Origin: Lama guanicoe
Lineage: Eukaryota
Assembly (NCBI GenBank): GCA_013239625.1
Contig: MU053934.1
Location: 1,729,031 to 1,793,030, forward strand
Direction of reading: 5' to 3'
DNA length: 64,000 nucleotides
Shown: in pieces, positions 23,881 to 35,538 of the stretch
Layout of the letters: every line of letters starts with the position of its first letter
Position numbering within the stretch: position 1 is the first letter of the stretch
Translations under genes and position numbers: made by a program
The notes under the pieces: generated by a model
Told to the model about the DNA's origin: nothing
The model's database searches: none
The model's input: the letters and a program-made list of their open reading frames with translations, nothing else

Positions 23881-25514
23881 TCCTGTGCTTTTACCATTTT
23901 TGAAGATGGGGAGGCTTGACTTGCTGAAATGCTCCTGAGAAAGGTCCATCAGAAGAAGAGGAAGTGTTGACTGTGGGAGAGGGGTCTCTGAAGATGTGGG
24001 GAGGGCGGGGATCGGGGCGCAGGCGGAGGCAATGGCTTCAATCAAGAGAGGATGACTTCAGAGGAGGGGGCAGGAAGGGGCGCAGAACCTGCAGTGGACC
24101 AGAGTGTGAACTGCCTGAAAGCCTTTCCTTGCCTTCCAGAGCAATTGGCGTCCTGGTGTGCTGCCTGCTGGGGACGGAGGACGGTCCCCAGGAGAGAACA
24201 TCCTCAGCTCTCTAATGTTGTTATAAGAAATTAAACCTCGAGGAGAAAAGCCTGAATCAATTTTAGCCAAAATGAGTAATGAGCGGAGAAGATAGATGGC
24301 TGCAGTCCAGGAGCATGGGGCGTGGAATTCACAGTGACAAATGAAATGGAAAAGCCCATTTGACATTTAATATTCACTCCACAAACACGGAGCTCTCTCT
24401 ATGCCAGACCGGTGCTCGGAGCACCGGAGACAGATGAATAAGGCTCTCAGGGACTCTTGGGGGTAGGGGGACACACAGGTACCCCAATTCAGGGAAATAA
24501 TTGCTGCCATGGAAGGAACATGTTTCTCAAAGGAGCTGACAATTACAGCTGCCTCTTAAGGATTTATAGAATTTTACCGGGAAGAACTTTCTGGAGGTGG
24601 GGAATCATATTATTCTACCTAATATAAGTGTAATTACGTTTAATAGAAAAGCTCTTAGCTCGATACCTGCCCTATCATCAGCTTTCAATATAGACGAGCC
24701 ATTAAAATATGATTACTAATCATATTCATGTGTTTATAATTTTGATACCACCCCCTTCCCCGCATTTTTTGGATGCTTACAATTACCGTGAGCCCTTGAC
24801 AGTCACAAGAAATAAGACAAGAGATCTTTACAAATCCCACACGGGGAAATACTGTCTCCGGCATAATCTGTTCTTCTAAAAAGCAGCAAAGAGTCGTTGA
24901 AACGTGAAGCTGCTATCTTGGACGTTTAGTGACTGTAAAATCAGGACTGGAGTCATTTCTGCAGTTATTAACGTGAGCCCCGTCACTCATCAGCCTTGCC
25001 TTGAGTCCTCCCTCACCTGGGCTGCTCCCCGCGCTGGCTCAGAGGCTCGCTGGTACCAGGTGGGGGAATCATGTCTCCTGGTTTCCACTGAGAGCAGCAC
25101 ATGGTGTGGGCTCATCTGGAGCTGCAGATCTAAGTCAGGACCAAGTTCGACTCTCCACTCTTTAATCCACTCCCTGCCTCCGTTTTCTCAGACAAAAAGC
25201 CAGTGATGTTTCAGATGTCTGCATCTTTCTTTCCATGATTAGCACTCGCAATTGGAATTCTTTTGAGGCCATTTTCCTGAAAGGCACAGTGTTTAATCAC
25301 TGGATGGCCAGCGAGGCTCACTCACTAACTCAGTTCCCTGCTGATATTTTGCTCCATCAAAAATGTCAATTAATGCAAGCCATGGAATTTTGAGTCACTT
25401 GAAATGAGACCAAATTGCATGCAAAACTCTTGAACGTCAAGGATATCTCGGGCTTTCCTATACCCTCCTCCTCCCAAATTCAGCCTTTAAATCCTCTGAT
25501 GTTCCACACTGCCT

Positions 25515-25930
25515 GACACACGCACACACACGTGAACACACAGTGCACACATCAGCACGTGCCACCATTCACGTACAGACACAGACCCGCACACGTATAC
25601 ACACTCACACATGCTCACACGTATGCCTGCATACCCAGGCACTTGTCCTCACATTCACACGTGAACACACATTCATGCACGTGCACACACAGATGCACAG
25701 TGTACACACCCAGGCACACGATGCATTCACAGCTATGCACACTCACACACACAGACTTACAAATGCTTCCATGTATGTGCACACACAACTTGCATGCATG
25801 GATGGACCCTCTCACGCACGCACATGCACATTTGCACACACAGCATGCATGATTGCAAGGCACTCCCTTGCACACACATAACACAGGCACACACATGCAC
25901 ACACACAGATACCGCAGGCACAGGCATGCA
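25515..25930. repeat. Degenerate CA/CACG/CATG low-complexity tract
   Basis: About 400 bp of imperfect (CA)n; it explains the His/Thr- and Cys/Val-rich pseudo-ORFs here. Confidence 0.85.
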
Positions 25931-28900
25931 CAACCCTCTGCCAAGAACCAGTGAGGAGGAGGAGGAGGTGGTTAAACACATCGTTCTTCTTCTAGTTCAG
26001 ATGACTTCTTTTCCTTGGCACCAACTTTTGTTTTGATATCTTTTGTTATTTTTTTTAGATCACAAAGACATGGGACTAGAACCAAATCCCCAAGTTTTAC
26101 TGATAGGAGATGCAATTTCTAGCAACGAAACTGTTAGGACAAAATGACATCAAAAGAATGTGGAGGCATCTCGGGGTGTCTGTTATACCTGTAGCACCCC
26201 AAGGCCCCCGCCCCCTGCAAGGAGGCCACGCAGCAGAGGGAAGTACCCTGGACTAGATGCTTTGCTCTTGCTTCTAGAAGCTCCGCCACTCTTGCTGTGA
26301 ACACTTGGGCAGTCGGCTTCCCATCTCTGATCCTTCCAGCTTTGACATTTGAAGATTCGAGAATCTTCATTTAACACGTGGAAGGCCATTCCTAGGGTCA
26401 CATATCTAGAACGCAAGGGTTGTAGCTTTCACCCCAGGGCCATTCCTACCAGGCTTCTCACATTTGAATACGAATTGCCCGGGGATCTCGTTAAAATGCA
26501 GACTCTGAGTCAGTAGGTCTGGGGCAGCCAAGAGTATTTCTAACAAGCTCCCAGGTGACACCTATGCGGCTGGCCTGTGACTACACCTTTACTAGAAAGG
26601 CCTTACATACGTCCACTTTTTTTTTAAAAAGGTGGAATGAAGCTGAGTTTCTTGTCCATCTCACTGCACCCCAAGCCCCTGGCTAGGACAGGGGTGACGC
26701 CATCTTCTCTCTTCCTTGTCCCCCATCCCCCATCTTTGGCTCTGTGTCCCCCGTTGCCACCCACTTCCCTTTTCCAAGCCAGATCCTAACCCCACCCCCA
26801 CCTTTGGAGCTGTGGGGTGTCAGAGGGATGGAGAAGCTCTGCATTCCGCCAGCCTCAGAGCTCCTTACCCCCTTGGAGGCAAGTCCCTTCTCTGGGAGCC
26901 TCAGTCTTCCCACCTGGTGAAGACAGGGTTGGACTCGTTCTCAGCCTTGACCACGATTTGGCTCTGGCAGAACGTTCCCGATTCCCCGGCCCAGGTGCCA
27001 CTCTCAGAGATTTTATTTAATTGGATGGAGGTGAGGCCCAGATGGGGGTGTTTCTGGCCAGGTAGTTGCAGCGGTCACCGGGGTTGAGACCACAGGTCTG
27101 GTGCTCATTAAGGGTCAGCCCAGTGCTGACTGTCAGCGTGTGGTCCAGCGGCCAGGTCTGCACACCAACCTCACACTGTCAGATCCAGGGCTTGGGAAAA
27201 GCACGGTGAAGCCTTAGAAGGATTTCGGTCCAGCTTTAGGCAAAATCACTTCCCCCACGGGAAAGAGCTCTTGAAAGGATGTTCAGGGTGACGACCCCGA
27301 CAGCGAGCTGAACTTTCTTTTCTTCTGACGGGCACATGATGCGTATTTTAATTAAAGACTCAACCCCACACGTCAATCACCTGCAGACCTCCCCCACCAA
27401 CGCACCTTCCCACGGGAGAGCTGGAAACAGCACGTCTGTGTGTGCAAGGTGGAGGGGAGAGCTGGTCCATGGCTGCTGTTGAGCGACAGGAGTTAACCTG
27501 ATGTCCTGGCCAAACAGGGGGCCCAATTAGCTAAAGCCCCCTTGGCTGCCTCAAAGCAAGCCCCAAATGGAGCCACGAAAAGGTTTTCTTGAAGTCAGCT
27601 GGTGGTACAGCTCTAGAGTCCTGTGGTTTCCATAGCAACCTGTATCTTTCTAAGACTGACAATGGGCTCTATCACCAGGGGGACGATTTTGGTGTTGAAG
27701 CCCAGCTCAGAATGGGTCAGCTGGGCCCCTCTAATCTCAGCTCCATGATGCCTGCTGGTGGCTTGGGGCACATCCTCGTGGCAAGAGACAGAGACGCCAG
27801 ATGGGCAGCAGCCCCATCCCCACTGGCCCCTCAGAGGGTAGGAAAGCAATCATTAGGCTGAAGATAGTCAGTGGGTACCTCTCCAGGTCACTGGCAGTAT
27901 AGGGTGGTGGCCCAGCACTGGGTGCTGGAGCCAGAATGCCTCTGTCATCTAGTGGCTGAGTAACTGTGTGCAAATTACTGGACAGCTCTGTGCCTCAGTT
28001 TCCCCATCTGTGAAATGGGGGTGATACCATCTTCTGAGACTCTTCTGAGCATCGAGAGTTAATTAAGGGAAGTCCTTACAACAGTGCCTGGCACATTGTA
28101 GCCTCTGGGTTTTCTCTCATCATTTAGAGCCCCACCATCCTAGATGATTAGCCTGGGAGACTTTAATCACTCTGACATCCAGTGCACCTCAGGTCTATAC
28201 CAGAATCTCTGAGGGTGGGACTCAGGCATCATCTCTTTGGAAAACTCCGTAAGTAGTGCCAATGCTAAAAGTTAAGAACTGGCAGAAATATGGAAGCATT
28301 TGTCCTTATAAGTTTCCCCAGTGTGGGTCCCCAGGAAGCTCTGGAAATCAAAGGAGAATCTGGGATGCTGAGGGGGGAGTGGATGGAGACTAATATTTGC
28401 ACAGTCCTAGACTCCCTCTGCTCATTCATTCATCCACAGTCACTTAATCTCCTACCACCTGCTTGTGCCTCACACACAGCCAGGAGTGAGGCGGGGGCCC
28501 CGGGGAGGCAGACGTGTATCCTCTCATCACACCTGTGATCACAAGTGGCCACGAGGGCCGGGAAGAGTGGCCTAAGTGGTCAGGGGAGGCTTCCCATGTG
28601 ACTTGAAATCTGAAGAATACAGAGAAGTTAGTAAGTGGAAGGGAGCTTATACTAGGTGGAAAAATCCCACACCGGCCACAGATCCCATGGCCGATGGAAC
28701 GTGACACTTCAAGAAAACAAAAGACGGGCAGCGGCCTGGTTAGAGCAGGGAGAGGGAGGGCGAGCGAGGGGGAGGGAGGCCCCGCAGCTGGGTAGGGTGG
28801 GCCCCGCGGGCGTGGGGGTAGGGGTGGGAGTGCCGGCCAGCTGGGCTGTGAGCCTTTATCCAGGCAATGAGGCCACTAATAGGTTTTAAGCAAGGGATGA

Positions 28901-29330
28901 CATGATCGGATTTGCAATTTAAAAGCTCCTTCTGGCTCCTCGGGAGGGAACAGACTGTCAACCTCACAGTGATGCTGTCAGCTAAGTCTATTAGGCGAGC
29001 GGTGAACCTGAGGCCCAGGAGTCTAAGTCACTTGTCAGGGTCACGCAGCTAGTGAGCAGCAGAGACTGGACTGAAGCCCAGGTCTTCACACCCCAGGCCG
29101 GGTTCTTTCCACTCCCCCTCCCTCACTGCTCCCCCTCCTGCCCTGCACAGCCCTCTTGTCCCCATATCTCATTATGAATTCCAGACTCCCTATGAGACCA
29201 GCCTGTTAATCCACATTGGATGACTTCCTTTCCCAAAGCCACTGTGAGAATGAATCTTCATTCTTGGGGGATCGATCTGATTTTGAGAAGCAGCCAGTGG
29301 CAGCCCAACTTGGCAGGATAACATGGGTGA

Positions 29331-29845
29331 TTGTATCAGTCCTTTATCGCTGTGTAACAAACTACCCGAAAGCACAGTGGCTCAAAACAGCAATAAACAT
29401 GTATTACGTCACACAGTTTCCATGGGTCAGGAATCTGGGAGCAGCTCAGACGAGGGGTGCTGGTTCAGTGTCTCTCGTGAAGCTGGAGTCAAGGCGACCG
29501 GCGGGGCTGTGGTCATCTGAGGGCTGGACTGGGACTGGAGGATTCACTTCCAGGGTGGCGCCCTCACATGATTGACAGCTGAGCCTGGCCATTGGCTGGA
29601 GACCTCACGCCTCTCCATGTGGGCCTCCTCGTGGCTGCTTGAGTGTCCTCACACCATGGCAGCTGGCTTCTCCCCGAGCAACAGGGCGGCAAGCTCTCCA
29701 AGGAAGAGCAAGGAAGAAGCTGCGATATTTTGTGACAGCCTCAGAAGTCACACACATCATTTCTGCAAGGTCCTGTTGGCTACTCAGTGTGGGAGGAAAC
29801 TACACAACAGTGTGAATACCAGGAGGGCCTCCCGGAGGCTGTACC
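29331..29845 (-). mobile_element. MaLR LTR (MLT1 family)
   Basis: TGTATCAGTCC..GCTGTGTAACAAACTACCC, CACAGTTTCCATGGGTCAGGAATCTGG, CTCTCCATGTGGGCCTC, CAGCCTCAGAAGTCACACA. Confidence 0.75.
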
Positions 29846-30924
29846 AGGGGGACCCTTTTGAGGATGTGGTTTGGGTTCTAACACTATGGAGACATCGGCA
29901 TCTTGGGCATCGGCAGAAACTATTTCACCTCTTTCTTGAGGAGAAGGATTTGGAAAGTCGTGCAGAAAACGTGAACAGTCACCTTTCATTTATTCCAGGT
30001 CTGCCAGCATTTATTAGGCACCTACTGTGTGCCCACCCACATTCATTGCCTCATCTCACTCTCATGACCCTGCTTGCAGCAGGCATTTTGGTTTCCCCTA
30101 ATTTATAAATGACGAATCTGAGGCCCAGTGGGGAAACTGGTCAGGGACTGGGCGCCTTCCTCAGGAGCACGGTGGCCAGGACCACAAGGCTGGGAACCCA
30201 CACTCAGAAAGCAGAGAGGAGGAGACCCCTGGACTTTGGGGAAGGAAGCAGGGGGAGCCTGCTGCTGTCTTTCTGCTTAAACCTGGGACTGGGTGGTACC
30301 CCTGCGGATGCTGGGCAGAGACCCCAGCACAGTGTGATGGGCACATCAGCCGGGGTCCTGAAGGAGGCAGAAGGCACACAGGTGGGCTCCTGGTGAGCAT
30401 TTAATTGAGACTCTTGTGAAGTACAGATGGGTTAAGGGAAATCGATGAGAGATGGTGAAGCACCAAGGGCCTGGCAACAGGGGGAGTTGTTCTCACCCCC
30501 AGGACTGGAGGGGCCAGGAGGGAACAGTTCCCAGAATCAGAGGGAGTTGTCATCATCCCTGTCATTGCTGCAGGGGACGGACTCAGGAGCTGTGGCCTGG
30601 GGGCTTATGGCTGGGCCCTGTATACTTACCTACTGGAAAGTGACTGAAATGAGACCCCAAACCCGAAGTAAGTTCAGAACAAAACCTAAAACAACAGCCC
30701 CTAAGACCACCACCTGTAAACGGTGTCAGTGGGTTACAGAGTTATTGCAATTCTGTTGCAAACTGGCTCTTTGCTTCACATGCTTTGAAACATCTAACAA
30801 AGAACTTGCACACAGAACGAGTCAGCAAGGGATGGGTTGCTATCGGCCCCTCACTCTGCCCCACTGTGACCCATCCTGGCCAGGGACACTCAGGAATGGG
30901 GTCTTCACCCTACAGTTGTCCTGG

Positions 30925-31730
30925 AAGCACATGAGAAGATGCTCAACACCACTGATCATCAGGAAAACATAAATCAAAACCACAGTGAGAAGCTAACTCA
31001 TCCATATGGATGGCCATTGTCAAAAAACCCAGAAAACTACAAGGACTGGCGAGGATGTGGGGAAATCAGAAGCCCTGCACACTATTGGTGGGAATGCAAA
31101 ATGGTGCAGCCCCTTTGAAAAATGATATGGGGGTTCCTCAACAAGTTAAATTAGAATTACTGGATGATCCAGCAATTCTATTTCTGGGAATATATCCAAA
31201 AGAATTGAAAGTAGGGTCCTGAGCAGATATAATGGAAGCATTATTTACAATAGCCGAAAGGTGGAAACAACCCAAGTGTTCACTGATGGGTGAGTGGATA
31301 AGAAAAATGTGGTATATCCATACAGTGGAATATTATTCAGCCTGAAAAAGGAAGGGAATTCTGCCACGTGCTACAGCATGGATGGCCCTTGAAGAAATAA
31401 ACTAGACACAAAAAAACAAGTGCTATATGATTCCACATATATGAGCTATCTAAAACAATCAAATTAATAAAGACAGAAAGTAGAATGGTGGTTGCCAAAG
31501 ACTAAGGGGATGGAAAATGGGGTCCTATTGTGACCTGAGCACGGAGTGTCAGTTTTGCAGGATGAGAAGCATTCTGGAGATGGATGGTGGTGATGGTTGC
31601 ACCATATGTATGTACCTCGTGCCACTGAACCATGCACTTAAAGATAGTTAAAATGATTAATTTTACGTTATGTGTATTTTACCACAATAAAAAAATTGAG
31701 AAAAATAAATCTTCCCCATCAAAAAAGAAA
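30925..31730 (+). mobile_element. Old L1 (L1M-type) 3' end with a decayed ORF2 C-terminus
   Basis: AAGCACATGAGAAGATGCTCAACA, CACTATTGGTGGGAATGCAAAATGGTGCAGCC, GGAAACAACCCAAGTGT, AAAATGTGGTATATCCATACAGTGGAATATTATTCAGCC; A-rich end; stops and frameshifts present. Confidence 0.9.
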
Positions 31731-33659
31731 AGAATGAGTCTTTTGCTCCCTGGGACTCCAATCTCAAGATAGCTTCTGGCCATCAGGTCCTGATCCTTGC
31801 GGGAGACAGGACTTAAAAACAACCGGAGGCAGGAAACGCGTGTTTACTGTGTAATTATGCATTGGGACTTGCTGGAGTGGGGAAGACAGTGGTGATCCCC
31901 ACCCCCAGAAAAAACCCTAAAATAAAAGGCAACCTCACAGAGCTCATAATCAAGTGGGTGAAATGGACATCAGTCAAATAATCACGGAAGAAAAGGGAAT
32001 ATTGCAACTCTAAGAGGGGCTACTGGAGGATATAACGCAGGTGGGGTGCCAAGTGCCGGGTATCCCAGAAGGTTTCTAGGGGAGGGAACGGTTCAACTGA
32101 GGTTACAAGGGGGGAACCTGGTAAGAATAAAATGAGGAGAATACCTACCCCTTCAAGGACCTCATTTACTTTTTCAGAGGAAGGAGGCAGGGAAATTGAT
32201 GGAAAGAGGCAAGGTCAGAAAAGAATTAGGTGGCAGATGCAGCTGGCCCTGAGCGTGGTCAGAATCACAGATGACCGGTTCCTCCATCCTGGGCAGTTTT
32301 CCTGAGAGGCCAGCACCTGGGAGGCACTCACAGCCCAGCCAGCAGCCCAGGGAGGAGTTCCAGCCAATGAGGCATCTCAGAGCCTTGGCCCCTCCTGGTT
32401 CTTCCGCTATCCATCACTCATGGAGGCTGGCCCTGCCCTGCTTGCTGGGCTCCAGGCCCTCAGCCTGCTGCCCCGAGGATGAGTGTCCTCTGTCCTGGCT
32501 CTCTCCCAGGGCTAGCCCTCTGGGAAGTGGGGTCATGGCTGGGACTGTGCTGGCCACATGCTAAAACCATCTCCCAGCCCTCTGAGCCACCAGCATCTCT
32601 GCAGACAGTGACGACTCCCCTTCTTAGGTCTCCCTGCCTTGGTTCTCCATACGAATGTGTTTGGACAACACAGCAGATCAGACCTCTCCCGTGACGCAAA
32701 CCAGCCAAAACCTCTCTACCTCACTTGGCAAAATCCCAGACTTCTTCCTGGGGCTTCTGAAGTTTGAGTTACATGTGCGGCCTCATCCCCTGCCACTCGG
32801 GCCTTCTACTGCCCCTCCAGCCCCCAGCTATGCACCTGCCACAGTGCCTTTGCACCCACTTTGTCCACTGACTCATGTTCCAGACACATGTGGTTTCATC
32901 TCTCACTCCACCCAGGTCTCTGTTTAAATCTCATCTATTCCCGGAGGCCTCCCATGGCTATTCTGTCCAAAATGACCCCTCTGGTACTCTTGAACCCTTC
33001 TCTCTGCTTTTTTTCCTTCATGGTGTTTACTACACTTTGTATATATAGTATATTTTATTTATTATCTGTGTCTTCCCTAGAATGCAAATTCCACAGGATC
33101 AGAAAATTGGTTTTGTTCCCTGCTATATCCCCAGTGCCTATAGAATGCCTTTGCCTAGAGTAGGCCCTCAGAGACTATTTGTTAAATGAATGGATGAATG
33201 AATGAATGAGGCACAAAAGTAGGTGGTCAAAATACAGACTGAATGAAGGAGAATGCTCTTATTGCCAAAATTTGGCCCCGAGTTGCTGGGTAGCAAATGT
33301 TTATTGAATGAATATATGGATACATATTGACCAGGGCTGCCATTTGGAGAGTTCTCTTGCTGCATATATGTCTGGGCTCTCACTGCTCAGCTTCATACAT
33401 ATCTTCTTTTGAGGTCTCAGTTTCCCTCTCTGTTATATGGGAGATTTGTATGAAACCATGATTTTTTAAAATGTATTATTTTTTAAAAGCAGCTTTCAAA
33501 GGAAAATGTAGGTGGCAACATGGCAGATGAAGTGGAGGTGTTGTTGCTGGAGGTGGTGGTCTTGGAGCCCTGTTACCTGTACCCCTTCCTCTCATTCAGC
33601 AGGGCCCAAAAATGTTGGAGGGTGCTTCTGAGAACAGTTTAAAATCCACTGGACTTAGG

Positions 33660-34085
33660 GTTCCCTAAATCCCAATAATAAATTATATTGTTGTTTAGCA
33701 AATATTTGTCACCCGGCCTGCCCATTGATGTTGGTCTTGGCCTTGTGACTCGATTTACCCCCCAGAATGTGGGCCTCGGTGACCATGTGATAGTTTCCAG
33801 CTGAGGTTTTAAGAGGTATTGCACTTCCCCCACCCCTCTTGCACTCCTGCCCTCAACCGTGAGGACATGACATCAAGAGAAGAGCTGCCTCTTCAGCCTG
33901 GGCCCTGAAATGAGAGACGCATAAAGCAGACCGTCTCCAGACCACTGCCTGGACCTCAGCCCCAGCAGCTGGGCCCCTGCTACTGACATGAAACATGAGA
34001 GAGAAAGAAAGACTGGTTGCTGTGAGAAACTGAGATTTAGGGTTGCTTGTTATGCAGCATAACCTGGTGAAAACTGACTAATGCA
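33660..34085 (+). mobile_element. MaLR LTR (MLT1 family)
   Basis: Ends GCTGTGAGAAACTGAGATTTAGGGTTGCTTGTTATGCAGCATAACCTGG..CTGACTAATGCA; 5' boundary approximate. Confidence 0.65.
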
Positions 34086-34924
34086 GGTTTCTTCTAGCAT
34101 TGATGTGACTGGATCTTAGCTCTAGAGAGAACTGGGATCTGGAAATTCTTGTCAACCTTTTGGCTCTTTTCTAATTCATGATCCTTCCCTAAAAATATTA
34201 CTTCTCCTCCTAACCCCAAAGCAGAGGTCTCCAACTGGTAGTTCCCAGCAACACGTAACTTGAAGACATTTGACCCAAATTCATTCATTCACTCATTCAT
34301 TCAACAAACATACTACATGCCTATCCCCCTAAAGGTGGATATAGAGGATCACATTATTGAAGGTTTCTGAGTGACCACTTAGGAAAAGCCTCCTCTTCAG
34401 TAAATGGTAGTTGGTATGGGTATTCTGCCAGGGCTGCAGAGATAGGGGAAAAAAAAGAAAAAGAAAGAAACAGCGTCTGCCTCCTTGAAATTTAGGATAT
34501 TACACTCAGGGTAGAAAGAGAGTCTGACATGAGTAAACCATCATCAACAACACAAAAAAGCCCTCTTCATCTCACATTCGAAAAGCACCCATCATTTCTA
34601 GTTAGCGAGGCTGGATAATTTGTGAAGTTGATGGATGCTTATAGCATACACAAGAAGAGCATCTTTGCAACAACAGAACCTTTTATCTGGCTTATAGGCA
34701 GCTAAAAGCATCCTCAACCCAGGCTTTTTAGCTGTCTTTACTGAGGCTAATTTTCACAAACATCATTTTGAAAGAAGGCCAAAATGGGAAGAGCATGCCT
34801 CAAGGTTCAGGCACACCATGTGGCCGGGGTCCTGGGGAAACTCATTTCTCCTCTCCGAGACTCAGTTTCTTTATCTGCAATGTGGGCTTGTTTGAACAAA
34901 GGGGGCTGGACCTGAGGACCTCTT

Positions 34925-35538
34925 TTTTTTTAATTGACATGTTATTTATTTACAATGTTGTGTTAATTTCTGGCGCACAGCACAGTGATTTAGTTATACA
35001 TACATATTCTTTTTCATATGCTTTCCCATTATGGGTTATTACAAGATATTGAATATAGTTCCCTGTGCTATACAGTAGGTCCTTGTTGTTTATTTATTTT
35101 GTATGTAGTAGTTTATATCTGCTAATCCCAAACTCCTAACTTATCCCATCTCCCTGCCCTTTCCCCTTAGGTAACCATAAATTTTTCTATGCCTGTAAGT
35201 CTGTTTCTGCTTTGTAAATAAGTTTATTTGTATCATTTTTTTAGATTCCACATTTAAGTGAAATCGTATGATACTTGTCTTTCTCTGTCTGATTTAGCTT
35301 CACTTAGTATGATAATCTCTAGGTCCATCCATGTTGCTGCTGCAAATGGGACTGTTTCATTCTTTTTTATGGCAGAATAGTATTCCATTGTATATAATTT
35401 CATTCTTTTTTATGGCAGAATAGTATTGGGACTGTTTCATTCTTTTTTATGGCAGAATAGTATTCCATTGTATATAGACACCACATCTTCTTTATCCAGT
35501 CATCTGTCGATGGACATTTAGGTTGCTTCCGTGCAGAT
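34925..35538 (-). mobile_element. 5'-truncated L1 (artiodactyl-type 3'UTR) with an internal triplication
   Basis: Poly-T head, TACAATGTTGTGTTAATTTC, GTTCCCTGTGCTATACAGTAGGTCCTTG; 8-bp target-site duplication GACCTCTT at 34917-34924 and 35539-35546. Confidence 0.9.

Noticed and set aside
25532..25981. His/Thr- and Cys/Val-rich ORFs
   Set aside because: Translations of the degenerate CA repeat
30445..31222. ORFs containing KHMRRCSTPLIIR and CTLLVGMQNGAA
   Set aside because: Decayed L1 ORF2 C-terminus with stops and frameshifts, not a host gene
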